Assembly: GCA_044222185.1 (NCBI GenBank)
Contig: JBGANV010000001.1
Location: 128,001 to 192,000 of the forward strand
Reading direction: 5' to 3'
DNA from: Planctomycetota bacterium
Lineage (GTDB): Bacteria; Planctomycetota; GCA-002687715; CAIWVZ01
DNA length: 64,000 nucleotides
Part shown: positions 46,657-55,434 of the stretch, one piece after another
Numbering within the stretch: the first letter of the stretch is position 1
How the letters are laid out: every line of letters begins with the position of its first letter
Position numbers and translations under genes: made by a program
Notes under the pieces: generated by a model
Told to the model about the DNA's origin: nothing
Database searches by the model: none
What the model saw: the letters and a program-made list of their open reading frames with translations, nothing else

Positions 46657-48276
46657 ATGAGCGCCAGGAATTCTCGTAGGCGACCGGGTGGCGGAGGTTC
46701 GGGGGGCGGTGGACCCGGCGGTGGTGGCGGCGGCGGCGGTGGCGGCGGTGGTCGCCGCGGCGGACGTCGGCGCGGCCGCGGGCGTCGAGGAGGTGGGGGC
46801 GGTGGCGGCGGCCCATGGGGCGGCGGCGGACCTGGCCCTGGAGCCGGACCGGGGTCGGATCAACTCGCCGACCAATCGATGATGGGGCAGGAGGCCGGAT
46901 TCGGCGGCCAGCCTCAGGGGTGGGAGACGGAATCGCTCCCGTTCGACGTCGAGCCGGGCGCGGCGGCTGCTGCGGCCGGGGACGAAGGGATGGCTGAGGG
47001 GTTCGGCGCCGGGCTTGGCAACGCAGGCCACGGTGGCGCACCTGCGGTAGCGCCCTTCCCAGGTGGCGGACCTCAGGGGCAGCACTATCAGCAGCAAATG
47101 CACGGAGGCCAGCAGCACCAGCAGAACATGCAGATGCCGCAGCGGCCGACGGAGCCGATGAAACGCCCGGGGCTGCTGGAGCTCATGCAGGACGGCTTCG
47201 GCTTCCTGCGCTTCGTCGAGAACAACTACCTGCCCGATGCCGAGGACATCTACGTGCCAGCGGGCCTCGTGCGCCGCTACCGGATTCGTCCGGGCTCGAT
47301 GATCATGGGCGACCTTCAGCCGGCGCGAAAGCCGGGGCAGAAACCGGCGCTCGCGGCGATCCACACGATCAACGACCGCGACCCCGAGCTCCATGCGGGC
47401 GAGGTGGCCTTCAAGAGCCTTCCGCCCTGCGACCCCGAACAACGATTCCTGCTGGAGACGTTCCCGGACAACGACATCTCCATGCGAGTCGTCGACCTTC
47501 TTTGCCCGATCGGCCGAGGACAGCGCGCCCTGATCGTCGCTCCGCCGCGAACCGGCAAGACGATCCTGATGCAGAAGATCTGCAACTCGATCAGCCGGAA
47601 CCACCCGGAGACGAAGGTTCTGGTCCTGCTCGTCGACGAACGCCCGGAGGAAGTCACGGATTTCCGCCGCAACACGACGGCCGAGATCGTCGCGTCCTGC
47701 CTCGACGAGGGCGCCGGCAACCACATCCGCGTGACGGAGCTGGTCCTCGAGAAGATGAAGCGGCAGGTCGAGGCCGGCCACCACATGGTCGTGTTGCTCG
47801 ACTCCATCACGCGCCTGGGTCGCGCCTACAACAACGAGGCCAAGGGCGGCGGCCGCATCCTCTCGGGCGGTCTCGATGCCAAGGTCCTCACCAAGCCAAA
47901 GGCGTTCTTCGGCTCGGCCCGCAACATCGAAGGCGGCGGCAGCCTGACGATCATCGCGACCGCGCTCATCGACACCGGGTCCCGGATGGACCAGGTGATC
48001 TTCGAGGAGTTCAAGGGCACGGGCAACAGCGAGATCGTGCTGTCCCGCCAGCTCTCCAACAACCGCATCTTCCCGGCGATCGACATCTCGACGTCGGGCA
48101 CGCGCAAGGAGGAGAAGCTCTTCCACCCCGATGAGATCGAGCGCATCAAGGTGCTGCGCCGCGTTCTCGGGCAGCTGAATCCGAACGAGTCCATGCGCCT
48201 GCTCATCGAGAAACTGGAGAAGACCCGGAGCAACGCCGAGTTCCTCCTTCAGTTCACCATCCGGGACAGCGCCTGA
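46657..48276 (+). CDS. rho: Transcription termination factor Rho with N-terminal disordered extension
   Basis: AGGAG SD; GFGFLR, DIYV, PIGRGQR, APPRTGKT, DERPEEVTD, DSITRL, FEEFKGTGN, SGTRKEE. Confidence 0.97.
   Translation: MSARNSRRRPGGGGSGGGGPGGGGGGGGGGGGRRGGRRRGRGRRGGGGGGGGPWGGGGPGPGAGPGSDQLADQSMMGQEAGFGGQPQGWETESLPFDVEPGAAAAAAGDEGMAEGFGAGLGNAGHGGAPAVAPFPGGGPQGQHYQQQMHGGQQHQQNMQMPQRPTEPMKRPGLLELMQDGFGFLRFVENNYLPDAEDIYVPAGLVRRYRIRPGSMIMGDLQPARKPGQKPALAAIHTINDRDPELHAGEVAFKSLPPCDPEQRFLLETFPDNDISMRVVDLLCPIGRGQRALIVAPPRTGKTILMQKICNSISRNHPETKVLVLLVDERPEEVTDFRRNTTAEIVASCLDEGAGNHIRVTELVLEKMKRQVEAGHHMVVLLDSITRLGRAYNNEAKGGGRILSGGLDAKVLTKPKAFFGSARNIEGGGSLTIIATALIDTGSRMDQVIFEEFKGTGNSEIVLSRQLSNNRIFPAIDISTSGTRKEEKLFHPDEIERIKVLRRVLGQLNPNESMRLLIEKLEKTRSNAEFLLQFTIRDSA
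46686..46855 (+). repeat. Low-complexity GGN codon tract (poly-Gly/RGG) in the rho 5' end
   Basis: GGTGGCGGAGGT...GGCGGCGGC encoding GGGGSGGGGPGGGGGGGGGGGGRRGGRRRGRGRRGGGGGGGGP. Confidence 0.85.
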
Positions 48277-48397
48277 TCGCCTCGGGCGGACCGCGCGGGG
48301 CCGAGGCTCCGCGCGGCGCCACCGAGATCCTGGCCACACGATCGGACGCATTCCGGCCCTCGCCCGATACAACGGTCGAGACTACAATCGCGCGATC

Positions 48398-50632
48398 GTG
48401 ACTTCCCCCGCGGCGCGATCCATCGTCCTTCTCGGCATCCTCCTCGTCTGCGCTTCCCGCGTGCGCGGCCAGCAGCAGGCGCCGATCCTCTTCGTCGACG
48501 ACCGGCCCATGCTGAAGGCGACGCTGAAGGCCGGCGAGAAGGTCTACTACTGCCACCTCCTGCTCGACCTGTCGCTGGCGGAACCGCTCGTGCTTCATCG
48601 CAACGCGGCGGGCAGCCTCCGCGCGCAGGAGACCGACATCTCCTTCGAGGGGCTGAAGCTCGAGGGCGTCCCCATCACGCCGACGCGGAGTGAATGGCTC
48701 GAGACGCTCACGCGGGACTACGCGAAGGAGCTGCAGGAAGTCCCCTGCGCCGGCTTCATCGGCCTCTCCGCATTCGGCAGCTCCGTCGTGCAGATCGATG
48801 GTCCGGGCAAGGTTCTGCGGACGTTCGACGTGGATCCGACGGCGGGCGCTGACGCCGCTCCGCCGCCCAACTTCACGCGAGTCGCGTTCCTCGCCGGATC
48901 CGACGCCACATCGGTTTCGATCCAGGCAAGCGTCGGCGACTCGAAAGTGGCGAAACTGCTCTTCGACACCAAGGAGCGCGCGTCGACCATCGAACGCTCA
49001 TGGTTTGGCGCCGCGGACACTCGCCCGACTGTGCCATCGATGATGGCGGGCACGCTCGACCTCGCTCGACTGACGCCGTTCCGGCGCGTCGACGCGTCGC
49101 CGCTCGATGGGACCGTCGGTGCGACCCTCATCTCGAAGCTCGTCGTGACCATCGATCGCACCGCCCGCCAGCTCGCGCTCCAGGGCCCGGCAAGCGCCGC
49201 GTACCCGAAGGACGAGGCCGACTTCTACGCGGCACTCGACGCCCCAGGCCATGAACGGCTACGCGAGTTCTACAAGGCCAACCCATCGTCGCGGTGGACG
49301 TCCGACGCGGCGGGTGAGGCGTTCACGCGCGCCACGGCGGCAGCGCCACGCGACCTCGATGTCGCGATCGAGGCCGCACTTGCTGTCGTCGACGCGACGT
49401 CCATCGAGAAGAAGGCGACGACCGCACTCGCCCTGGACGACGCGCTCGCGAAATGCGCCGACTCCGACTCCGTTCGCCAGCGGCTGCTCTCTGCGGGCGC
49501 TGCCGTCGCGCGCGGCGACGCCGACGGAACGGCTCAGCTCCAGGTGCGCATGAGGCTCGGCCAGATCGAACTCTCGCGCGGAAACCACAAGGAGGCCTAC
49601 CGCAACCTCTTGTCGGCGGCGTTCGGCATGACCGGTGACGGGCGGCCCGCACTTTCGCTCGGCCATCTGCACCGCGACCTGGGACAGCTCGATCGGGCCT
49701 GGTCGCGCTACGTCCAGGCGCTGCTCGACGTGAAGCAGACGGGCGTCGATGGCCTGATCGCCCTCGACGCGCTGTGGCGCAAGCAGCACCAAGGCGGTGG
49801 CGGTCTCGCCGCCGCGATCGCCGAATCCGTCGAGGGGAAGGCCCCCGGGTTTCACCCAATCCCGAGAGATGCGGCGGAGACCCGTCCTGCTGGCGGCCCC
49901 GTGCTCGTCGAATTGTTCACCGGGGCACACTGCCCGCCCTGTACCGGTGCCGACCTCGCCGTCGACGCGCTGGAGGAGTACTTCACGCCTGATCGCGAGG
50001 TGATCACGCTCGTCTGGCACCTTCCGATCCCGGCCCCCGAGCCCCTCGTCTCGACGGAGGCCTTGGCGCGCGCGCGTCACTACTCCGTCGAGGGAACCCC
50101 GACGATCGTCGTTCAAGGGGGCGAGAAGAGCGTGGGTGGCGGGGGAGCGGGTGAGGCGCCCAAGCTGTTCGAGAAGTTCAAGTCGGCGGTCGAGGAGGCG
50201 CTGGCCGACGCCAAGCCGATCGACCTCGACGCGACGGTCGCGTGGAGCGGCGACAAACTCACGGTGACACCGCGCCTGGCGCCGATCGCCGGAGCGCGCT
50301 TGCACGCGATCCTCACGGAGCGCTCCATGGTGTTCCCGGGGCGCAACGGCGTGATCTTCCATCACGCGGTGGTCCGCGCGGCGCTGACGTCGCCGGACGG
50401 CGCCGACGCATCCGTGAACGTCCCGGCGCTGGACCTGACCATGGCGACGGTCGAGTCGCGACTCGATCGACAGCTCACCCAGTTCGAAGCGAAGGGACCG
50501 TTCCCGATCCGTCCGACGCAGCCGGACCCCACGAATCTCGCCGTCGTCCTCTTCGTCGAGAAACCCGGTGATGGCGTCGTGGCGGCAAAGCGCATCGACG
50601 TGCCGGCTCCCGCGGAGGGGAAGGGCCGATGA
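48398..50632 (+). CDS. Exported multidomain protein: degenerate tandem retropepsin-like, TPR, and thioredoxin-like CPPC/Omp28-like domains
   Basis: Signal peptide; LLLDLS..AGFIG and LLFDTK..DGTVG..VVTID lobes; TPR-like helices; VLVELFTGAHCPPC, GTPT cis-Pro loop, HHAVVR. Confidence 0.7.
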   Translation: MTSPAARSIVLLGILLVCASRVRGQQQAPILFVDDRPMLKATLKAGEKVYYCHLLLDLSLAEPLVLHRNAAGSLRAQETDISFEGLKLEGVPITPTRSEWLETLTRDYAKELQEVPCAGFIGLSAFGSSVVQIDGPGKVLRTFDVDPTAGADAAPPPNFTRVAFLAGSDATSVSIQASVGDSKVAKLLFDTKERASTIERSWFGAADTRPTVPSMMAGTLDLARLTPFRRVDASPLDGTVGATLISKLVVTIDRTARQLALQGPASAAYPKDEADFYAALDAPGHERLREFYKANPSSRWTSDAAGEAFTRATAAAPRDLDVAIEAALAVVDATSIEKKATTALALDDALAKCADSDSVRQRLLSAGAAVARGDADGTAQLQVRMRLGQIELSRGNHKEAYRNLLSAAFGMTGDGRPALSLGHLHRDLGQLDRAWSRYVQALLDVKQTGVDGLIALDALWRKQHQGGGGLAAAIAESVEGKAPGFHPIPRDAAETRPAGGPVLVELFTGAHCPPCTGADLAVDALEEYFTPDREVITLVWHLPIPAPEPLVSTEALARARHYSVEGTPTIVVQGGEKSVGGGGAGEAPKLFEKFKSAVEEALADAKPIDLDATVAWSGDKLTVTPRLAPIAGARLHAILTERSMVFPGRNGVIFHHAVVRAALTSPDGADASVNVPALDLTMATVESRLDRQLTQFEAKGPFPIRPTQPDPTNLAVVLFVEKPGDGVVAAKRIDVPAPAEGKGR

Positions 50633-52134
50633 CAGGCGCGACGGCGACCGCGCAGCTCGAAGCTGCGCTCGCACCACATCTGCGGACCCTCGGCGCGCGA
50701 CGGCGATCGCACGCTTGGCGCAGGGGACTTGCCCGTGGCGTCCGGCGCGCGCCCGCGGTCGCTCTCGCACTCGGGGGGACCGTGTCTGCGCTGCGGCTCG
50801 GCGGACTCGTCGATGGCGGCATCCTCGTGCTCGCGGGGTTGGTGGGAGCGTCGGTACTCGTTCCAGCGATCTGGCGCGTCGCGCTGGACTGGATGGCACC
50901 TCCCACGGTGGAGGATGCAGCCATCGCCTGCGACAGGGCCGCCGGGTGGCACGATCGCCTCTCGGCTGCGTGGGAGTTCCAGCAGGCCGGGGCGACGGAT
51001 CCCATGCGCCGCGCGGCGATCGAGGACGGCTTGCTGGCGCTTTCGACGCTGGCCACGCGCCCGATCCGACTCCCCGTCCGCCGAGTGGACATCCCGCTCG
51101 CGCCAGCGTTCCTCGCGTGCCTCGTCCTGTGGGCGTGCGCCCTCGTTCCGTCGACGGCCGCACCGTCGACCCGGCCCGTGGATCTGTCGGCGAAACCACG
51201 GATGTCCGGCGATACCAGCGCCACCGCCGAACAACGCGCGACTCCCGACTCGCGACCGAATCAACGCGCAGCGTCCCGCCCGGCGAGCCGGCCCGCCGCA
51301 GAGTCCGAGCCCGTGGCGCGGCGCGCGCAGGCGAGGCCCACCCCGGCAACCACCGCACCGGCAGCCTCCGCGGGAAACGCCGGGCGCCAGGGGAGTGCCG
51401 CCGCCGAGGGAAGCGATTCCAGCGGTGCATCGGAGGTCGCGCAGGCGAAATCCGGCGAACCGTCTCCAGGTGCCGGAGGATCGGGCGCAGCCGCTGGATC
51501 CTCCGCTGCCGCGCCGCCCCCATCGGCACCGCAGAAGAAGCCACAGAAGCGCGACTCTCCGCCGACGCCGAACAAGCCCAGCCGACCGAGCCGAGAGGAT
51601 TCGATCGGCGCCACGGGCGGTGCGTCGAAAAACCGGGGAATGACGACGCCGACGGGTGGCCGCAAGGAACTGTCCCAGCGCGCCAATCCCGCGGGCGACG
51701 ACGCGCGCTCGCCCGACGAGGACACGCAGGACGAGCGTGAGGAGACCGAACAACGCGGTGGCGTCGCGCCGCTTCAGCGCGACCGGCCCAAGCCGCCGTC
51801 GCGAGAGCTTTCGATCAGCGGTGACGGTCCACCGGACGACGGGCGTGGTGGGCCCACTCCGCCGAAGAAGTCCCGAGGAACGGCAGCGCTCGTCCTCGGG
51901 ATCACTCTCGAGGATCAGGTGCGAGGTCAGCCCAACCCGGGGACTGCGCGCACGTCCATGGGCCGCATCCCACCGATTCCCGAACCCGACCCGAACGGCC
52001 AGCGCTCGGCTGCCGCGCACGCCGCGGCACCGGCCACGCCCCAACCTCCGCACGTCCTCGACGCGCGCTTTTGGGGCCTCGTGCAACGCTTCCATGAACG
52101 GCTGCGCCAGAGCGAGCCTTCGGAGAAACCGTGA
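50629..52134 (+). CDS. Membrane protein with long S/G/A/P low-complexity region (MoxR-operon accessory)
   Basis: Three TM segments with DRLSAAWEF; disordered middle; compact KKSRGTAALVLG..DQVRGQPNPG block; overlaps both neighbours. Confidence 0.65.
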   Translation: MTGATATAQLEAALAPHLRTLGARRRSHAWRRGLARGVRRAPAVALALGGTVSALRLGGLVDGGILVLAGLVGASVLVPAIWRVALDWMAPPTVEDAAIACDRAAGWHDRLSAAWEFQQAGATDPMRRAAIEDGLLALSTLATRPIRLPVRRVDIPLAPAFLACLVLWACALVPSTAAPSTRPVDLSAKPRMSGDTSATAEQRATPDSRPNQRAASRPASRPAAESEPVARRAQARPTPATTAPAASAGNAGRQGSAAAEGSDSSGASEVAQAKSGEPSPGAGGSGAAAGSSAAAPPPSAPQKKPQKRDSPPTPNKPSRPSREDSIGATGGASKNRGMTTPTGGRKELSQRANPAGDDARSPDEDTQDEREETEQRGGVAPLQRDRPKPPSRELSISGDGPPDDGRGGPTPPKKSRGTAALVLGITLEDQVRGQPNPGTARTSMGRIPPIPEPDPNGQRSAAAHAAAPATPQPPHVLDARFWGLVQRFHERLRQSEPSEKP

Positions 52135-53120
52135 TGTCAGACACTCAACAGGTCCGATCCCAAGGCAATCGTTTCGGCGAGATCTTCAGGTCGTTGGAGG
52201 CGGATGTCCACCGCCTCATCGTGGGACAGGACTCGGTCGTCCGCGGCGTGCTCACGGCGCTGTTCTCCGGCGGACACGTCCTCCTCGAAGGCGTTCCGGG
52301 CATCGGCAAGACGGCGCTCGTGAAGGCCCTGGGCTCGGCCCTGCATCTCGAGCGCAGCCGGATCCAGTTCACTCCGGACCTCATGCCGGCGGACGTGGTC
52401 GGAACGCTCGTTCTCGACGACGCGGGCGCGGGCCGGAGCGTCCGGTTCCAGCCCGGGCCGATCCACGCCAACCTCGTCCTCGCCGACGAGATCAACCGCG
52501 CGACACCGAAGACGCAGTCTGCGCTTCTGGAGGCCATGCAAGAGCAGCAGGTCACCGCGGGCGGCGTGACGCGTCCTCTGCCACAGCCGTTCATCGTCCT
52601 CGCCACGCAGAATCCCGTGGAACAGGAGGGCACCTATCCGCTTCCCGAGGCTCAACTCGATCGCTTCATGTTCAAGCTGATCGTCGGGTATCCGCGGGAG
52701 GAGGAGTACGACCTCATTCTCGATCGCACCACGGGCCGCGGGCTCCCCACGATCGACGCAGTGACGACGGGTGAGGAGATCTGCCGGATGCGCGACCTGG
52801 TTCGCGACGTGCCCGTGCCCGAGGCGGCGCGGCGGTGCGCCGTCCGGCTCGTGATGGCGACGCAGCCCGGCAGCCGGCATGCTCCCGCGCGCGTGGGCAA
52901 ATTCGTGGCGCTGGGAAGCTCTCCGCGCGGGGCTCAGGCGCTCCTTCTCGCGGGGAAGGTCTCGGCGCTGCGGGATGGCCGGTTTGCCGTGTCGGAGGCC
53001 GACATCCGCAGTTCGGCTCACGACGCGTTGCGGCACCGCATGCTCCTGAACTTCGCGGCGCGCTCCGAGGGCGTGACGCCCGACAACCTCGTCGACGAGA
53101 TCCTCGAGACTACGAAGTGA
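52131..53120 (+). CDS. moxR: MoxR family AAA+ ATPase
   Basis: GHVLLEGVPGIGKT, RIQFTPDLMPAD, LADEINRATPKTQSALLEAM, ATQNPVEQEGTYPLPEAQLDRF, SPRG. Confidence 0.96.
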   Translation: MMSDTQQVRSQGNRFGEIFRSLEADVHRLIVGQDSVVRGVLTALFSGGHVLLEGVPGIGKTALVKALGSALHLERSRIQFTPDLMPADVVGTLVLDDAGAGRSVRFQPGPIHANLVLADEINRATPKTQSALLEAMQEQQVTAGGVTRPLPQPFIVLATQNPVEQEGTYPLPEAQLDRFMFKLIVGYPREEEYDLILDRTTGRGLPTIDAVTTGEEICRMRDLVRDVPVPEAARRCAVRLVMATQPGSRHAPARVGKFVALGSSPRGAQALLLAGKVSALRDGRFAVSEADIRSSAHDALRHRMLLNFAARSEGVTPDNLVDEILETTK

Positions 53121-54013
53121 CGGAGGCGGGCCTGTTCGATCCGGCGTTTCTTTCGGCGTTGGAGGCGCTTCGGCTGACGGTCCGATCGGTCCCGGCAGGC
53201 GGACGGCCTGCCGAGCATCGCTCGCGCACCCGCGGCGCGGGCCTGGAATTCGCCGACATGCGTCCCTACGTGCCTGGCGACGACCTTCGGTCTGTCGATT
53301 GGCATCTGTTCCAGCGACTCGACAAGGTGTTCGTGCGGCTGTACCTCCACGAGGAGGACCTTCCCGTCCACTTCTTGCTGGACGAAAGCGCCAGCATGAC
53401 GCTGACGCGTTCTGCCGACGGACGCAGCAAACACGTCGTCGCACGACAGGCGTTGGCGGCGCTCGCATACATCGCCATGAACCGCATGGATCGGGTGACG
53501 GTGTGGCCTTTCGCAGGCGAGCCGCTCGAACCGCTCGTCGAACAGACGGGCGGTCTCGGCTTCGAGCGCCTCCTCCGCTGGCTTTCGACGCGGCCCACGA
53601 CAGGGCGGGGTGATCTGGTCTCCGCCGCGCGCCGACTGGCTGAACGCAGCCGTCGGCGAGGCGTGTGCGTCATCGTCTCGGATTGCTTCGACGTTCGTGG
53701 GATCGACGCCGTGCGTGAAGCTCTCGCGGCGATCACTCATCGCATCTGCCTCGTCAGACCCGTTCACGCGGGGGAGAGCGAGCCCACCGTCCGCGGGCCC
53801 CTCGAACTCGTCGATTGCGAGGGAGGGGAGAGCCTGACGCTCGAGGTCGACGATTCCGTCGTCGCGCGCTATCGGTCCGCCTACGAGTCCTTCGTCGCGG
53901 AGGTCGAATCCGCCGTTGCTCATCGCGGAGGCGGCTGCTGCACGTTGACGACGGCCGAGCCCGTCGTCCCCCAGATCGCCGCGCTCTTCGAGCGGGGAGC
54001 GTTCGTTCCATGA
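53117..54013 (+). CDS. DUF58 domain protein
   Basis: GLEFADMRPYVPGDDLRSVDW, LDESASM, IVSD; GTGA overlap. Confidence 0.93.
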   Translation: MTEAGLFDPAFLSALEALRLTVRSVPAGGRPAEHRSRTRGAGLEFADMRPYVPGDDLRSVDWHLFQRLDKVFVRLYLHEEDLPVHFLLDESASMTLTRSADGRSKHVVARQALAALAYIAMNRMDRVTVWPFAGEPLEPLVEQTGGLGFERLLRWLSTRPTTGRGDLVSAARRLAERSRRRGVCVIVSDCFDVRGIDAVREALAAITHRICLVRPVHAGESEPTVRGPLELVDCEGGESLTLEVDDSVVARYRSAYESFVAEVESAVAHRGGGCCTLTTAEPVVPQIAALFERGAFVP

Positions 54014-55434
54014 CGCTCACGGCCCTTTCCCTCGGAACCTATCTCGCAGGCATCGGAGCCGTTGCGGCGGCCGTGTTCGTGGCACACCTGCTGCGCGTGC
54101 GCCATCGCCGGGTGCCGGTCGAGACGTTGCTCTTCTTTCGACTCACGGAGACCCCCAGCCGCCCGCGCGTGCTGTTCGGCATGCCGGCGCGGTGGTTGTC
54201 CATGCTGGCCGCGATGCTCGCGGCCGCGGCGATCTGGACGGCGGTCGCGGATCCTGTCGCCGCCGGTGACGACGCCTCCCGATTCGTGGTCGTGGCGGGC
54301 AGCTCGGCGGTCGATCCCGAGCTTCGGGACGAGGTCCTCTCGTCACCGCTCGGACCGCGCGGACGCATCGTCACCGCGGATGACGACGGCGGGCTCCTCG
54401 CCGGTGCGGACGAGCCGCGAGGCGTGGCGACGGCGCGCCTGGACCCGCGCGAAGCCGCGCCGGGAACGGCCGTCGATGGCGCCGCGGAGCTCGTCACCGC
54501 TCTCGCACGACCGGGGGACGCGGTCGCCGCTCACGGGGTTGATGCTCCCTCCGTTCGCCCGGGCGTCCACGTGGAAACTTCGCGATGGACGCTCGTGCGA
54601 GGTTCCCGCGACGACGTCGCGGACTCGCGGCCCGTGCGGCCCCGGCGCGTTCGCATCGATCCGGCCGTTCCATCCGTCGTCGCCACCGCCGTTGCGTCCG
54701 ATCGGCGGTTCATCGTCGCCTCGGACGGGGAAGCCGAGGCTCTCGTCGTGATGGCGGAAACGGCGCGGTCGGATCCGCGGTCACCCATGCTGGTCATCGA
54801 GCCCGGCGCGAACGCTCGCGAACGGCGTGCAGTCGCCACCTCGGTGCTCCCACTGCCGCTCGGCACGTTCGATCGCACCTCGACGAGCGGAACGCGCCTC
54901 GATGCGCAACCCGGCGAGACGACGTGGGTCGAAGATGCGTTCACCACGGAACCGCTCGTCGCCGCGCGACCGCGTCGCGGTGATGGCGGCCCGCAGGTGC
55001 GTGTCGTCGAATGGCTGCTCGCGCCGGCCGCGCACCGTGACGTGCCCATCCTGGTCTGCGGCGCGCTCGCGATGCTGACGGGCGTCGATCGTCCCGCACG
55101 CGTGACGGCGGGCCAGATCCTCGCGCTTCCGGCCCTCGCCACGAATCCCATCCTCGTCCGGGGATCGGAGACCTTCACCGTCTTGCCGCTGGGGGGGTCC
55201 TACCGTTTCTCGCTTCATCGGCCGGGATCGGCGGTCCTCGATGACGGCGTCACGAGCGCGACCGTCGAGGTCGAGGCCGCCGCGGTCACTCAGAGGCCGG
55301 CGGCCTCATCATCGACGTCCCACGAACGCGGCGTCGTTCGCGACCCGGTCCGCCTCCGCACGTGGCTGATCGCCGCGGCGCTGCTGGCGCTCGTGCTCGA
55401 CATCTGGCTCTATCGGCGAGGGAGCGTGCCATGA
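54010..55434 (+). CDS. BatA-like membrane protein with degenerate vWA region
   Basis: N-terminal double TM with HLLR..RRVPV.TLLFF BatA pattern; C-terminal TM ending LDIWLYRRG. Confidence 0.7.
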   Translation: MTLTALSLGTYLAGIGAVAAAVFVAHLLRVRHRRVPVETLLFFRLTETPSRPRVLFGMPARWLSMLAAMLAAAAIWTAVADPVAAGDDASRFVVVAGSSAVDPELRDEVLSSPLGPRGRIVTADDDGGLLAGADEPRGVATARLDPREAAPGTAVDGAAELVTALARPGDAVAAHGVDAPSVRPGVHVETSRWTLVRGSRDDVADSRPVRPRRVRIDPAVPSVVATAVASDRRFIVASDGEAEALVVMAETARSDPRSPMLVIEPGANARERRAVATSVLPLPLGTFDRTSTSGTRLDAQPGETTWVEDAFTTEPLVAARPRRGDGGPQVRVVEWLLAPAAHRDVPILVCGALAMLTGVDRPARVTAGQILALPALATNPILVRGSETFTVLPLGGSYRFSLHRPGSAVLDDGVTSATVEVEAAAVTQRPAASSSTSHERGVVRDPVRLRTWLIAAALLALVLDIWLYRRGSVP

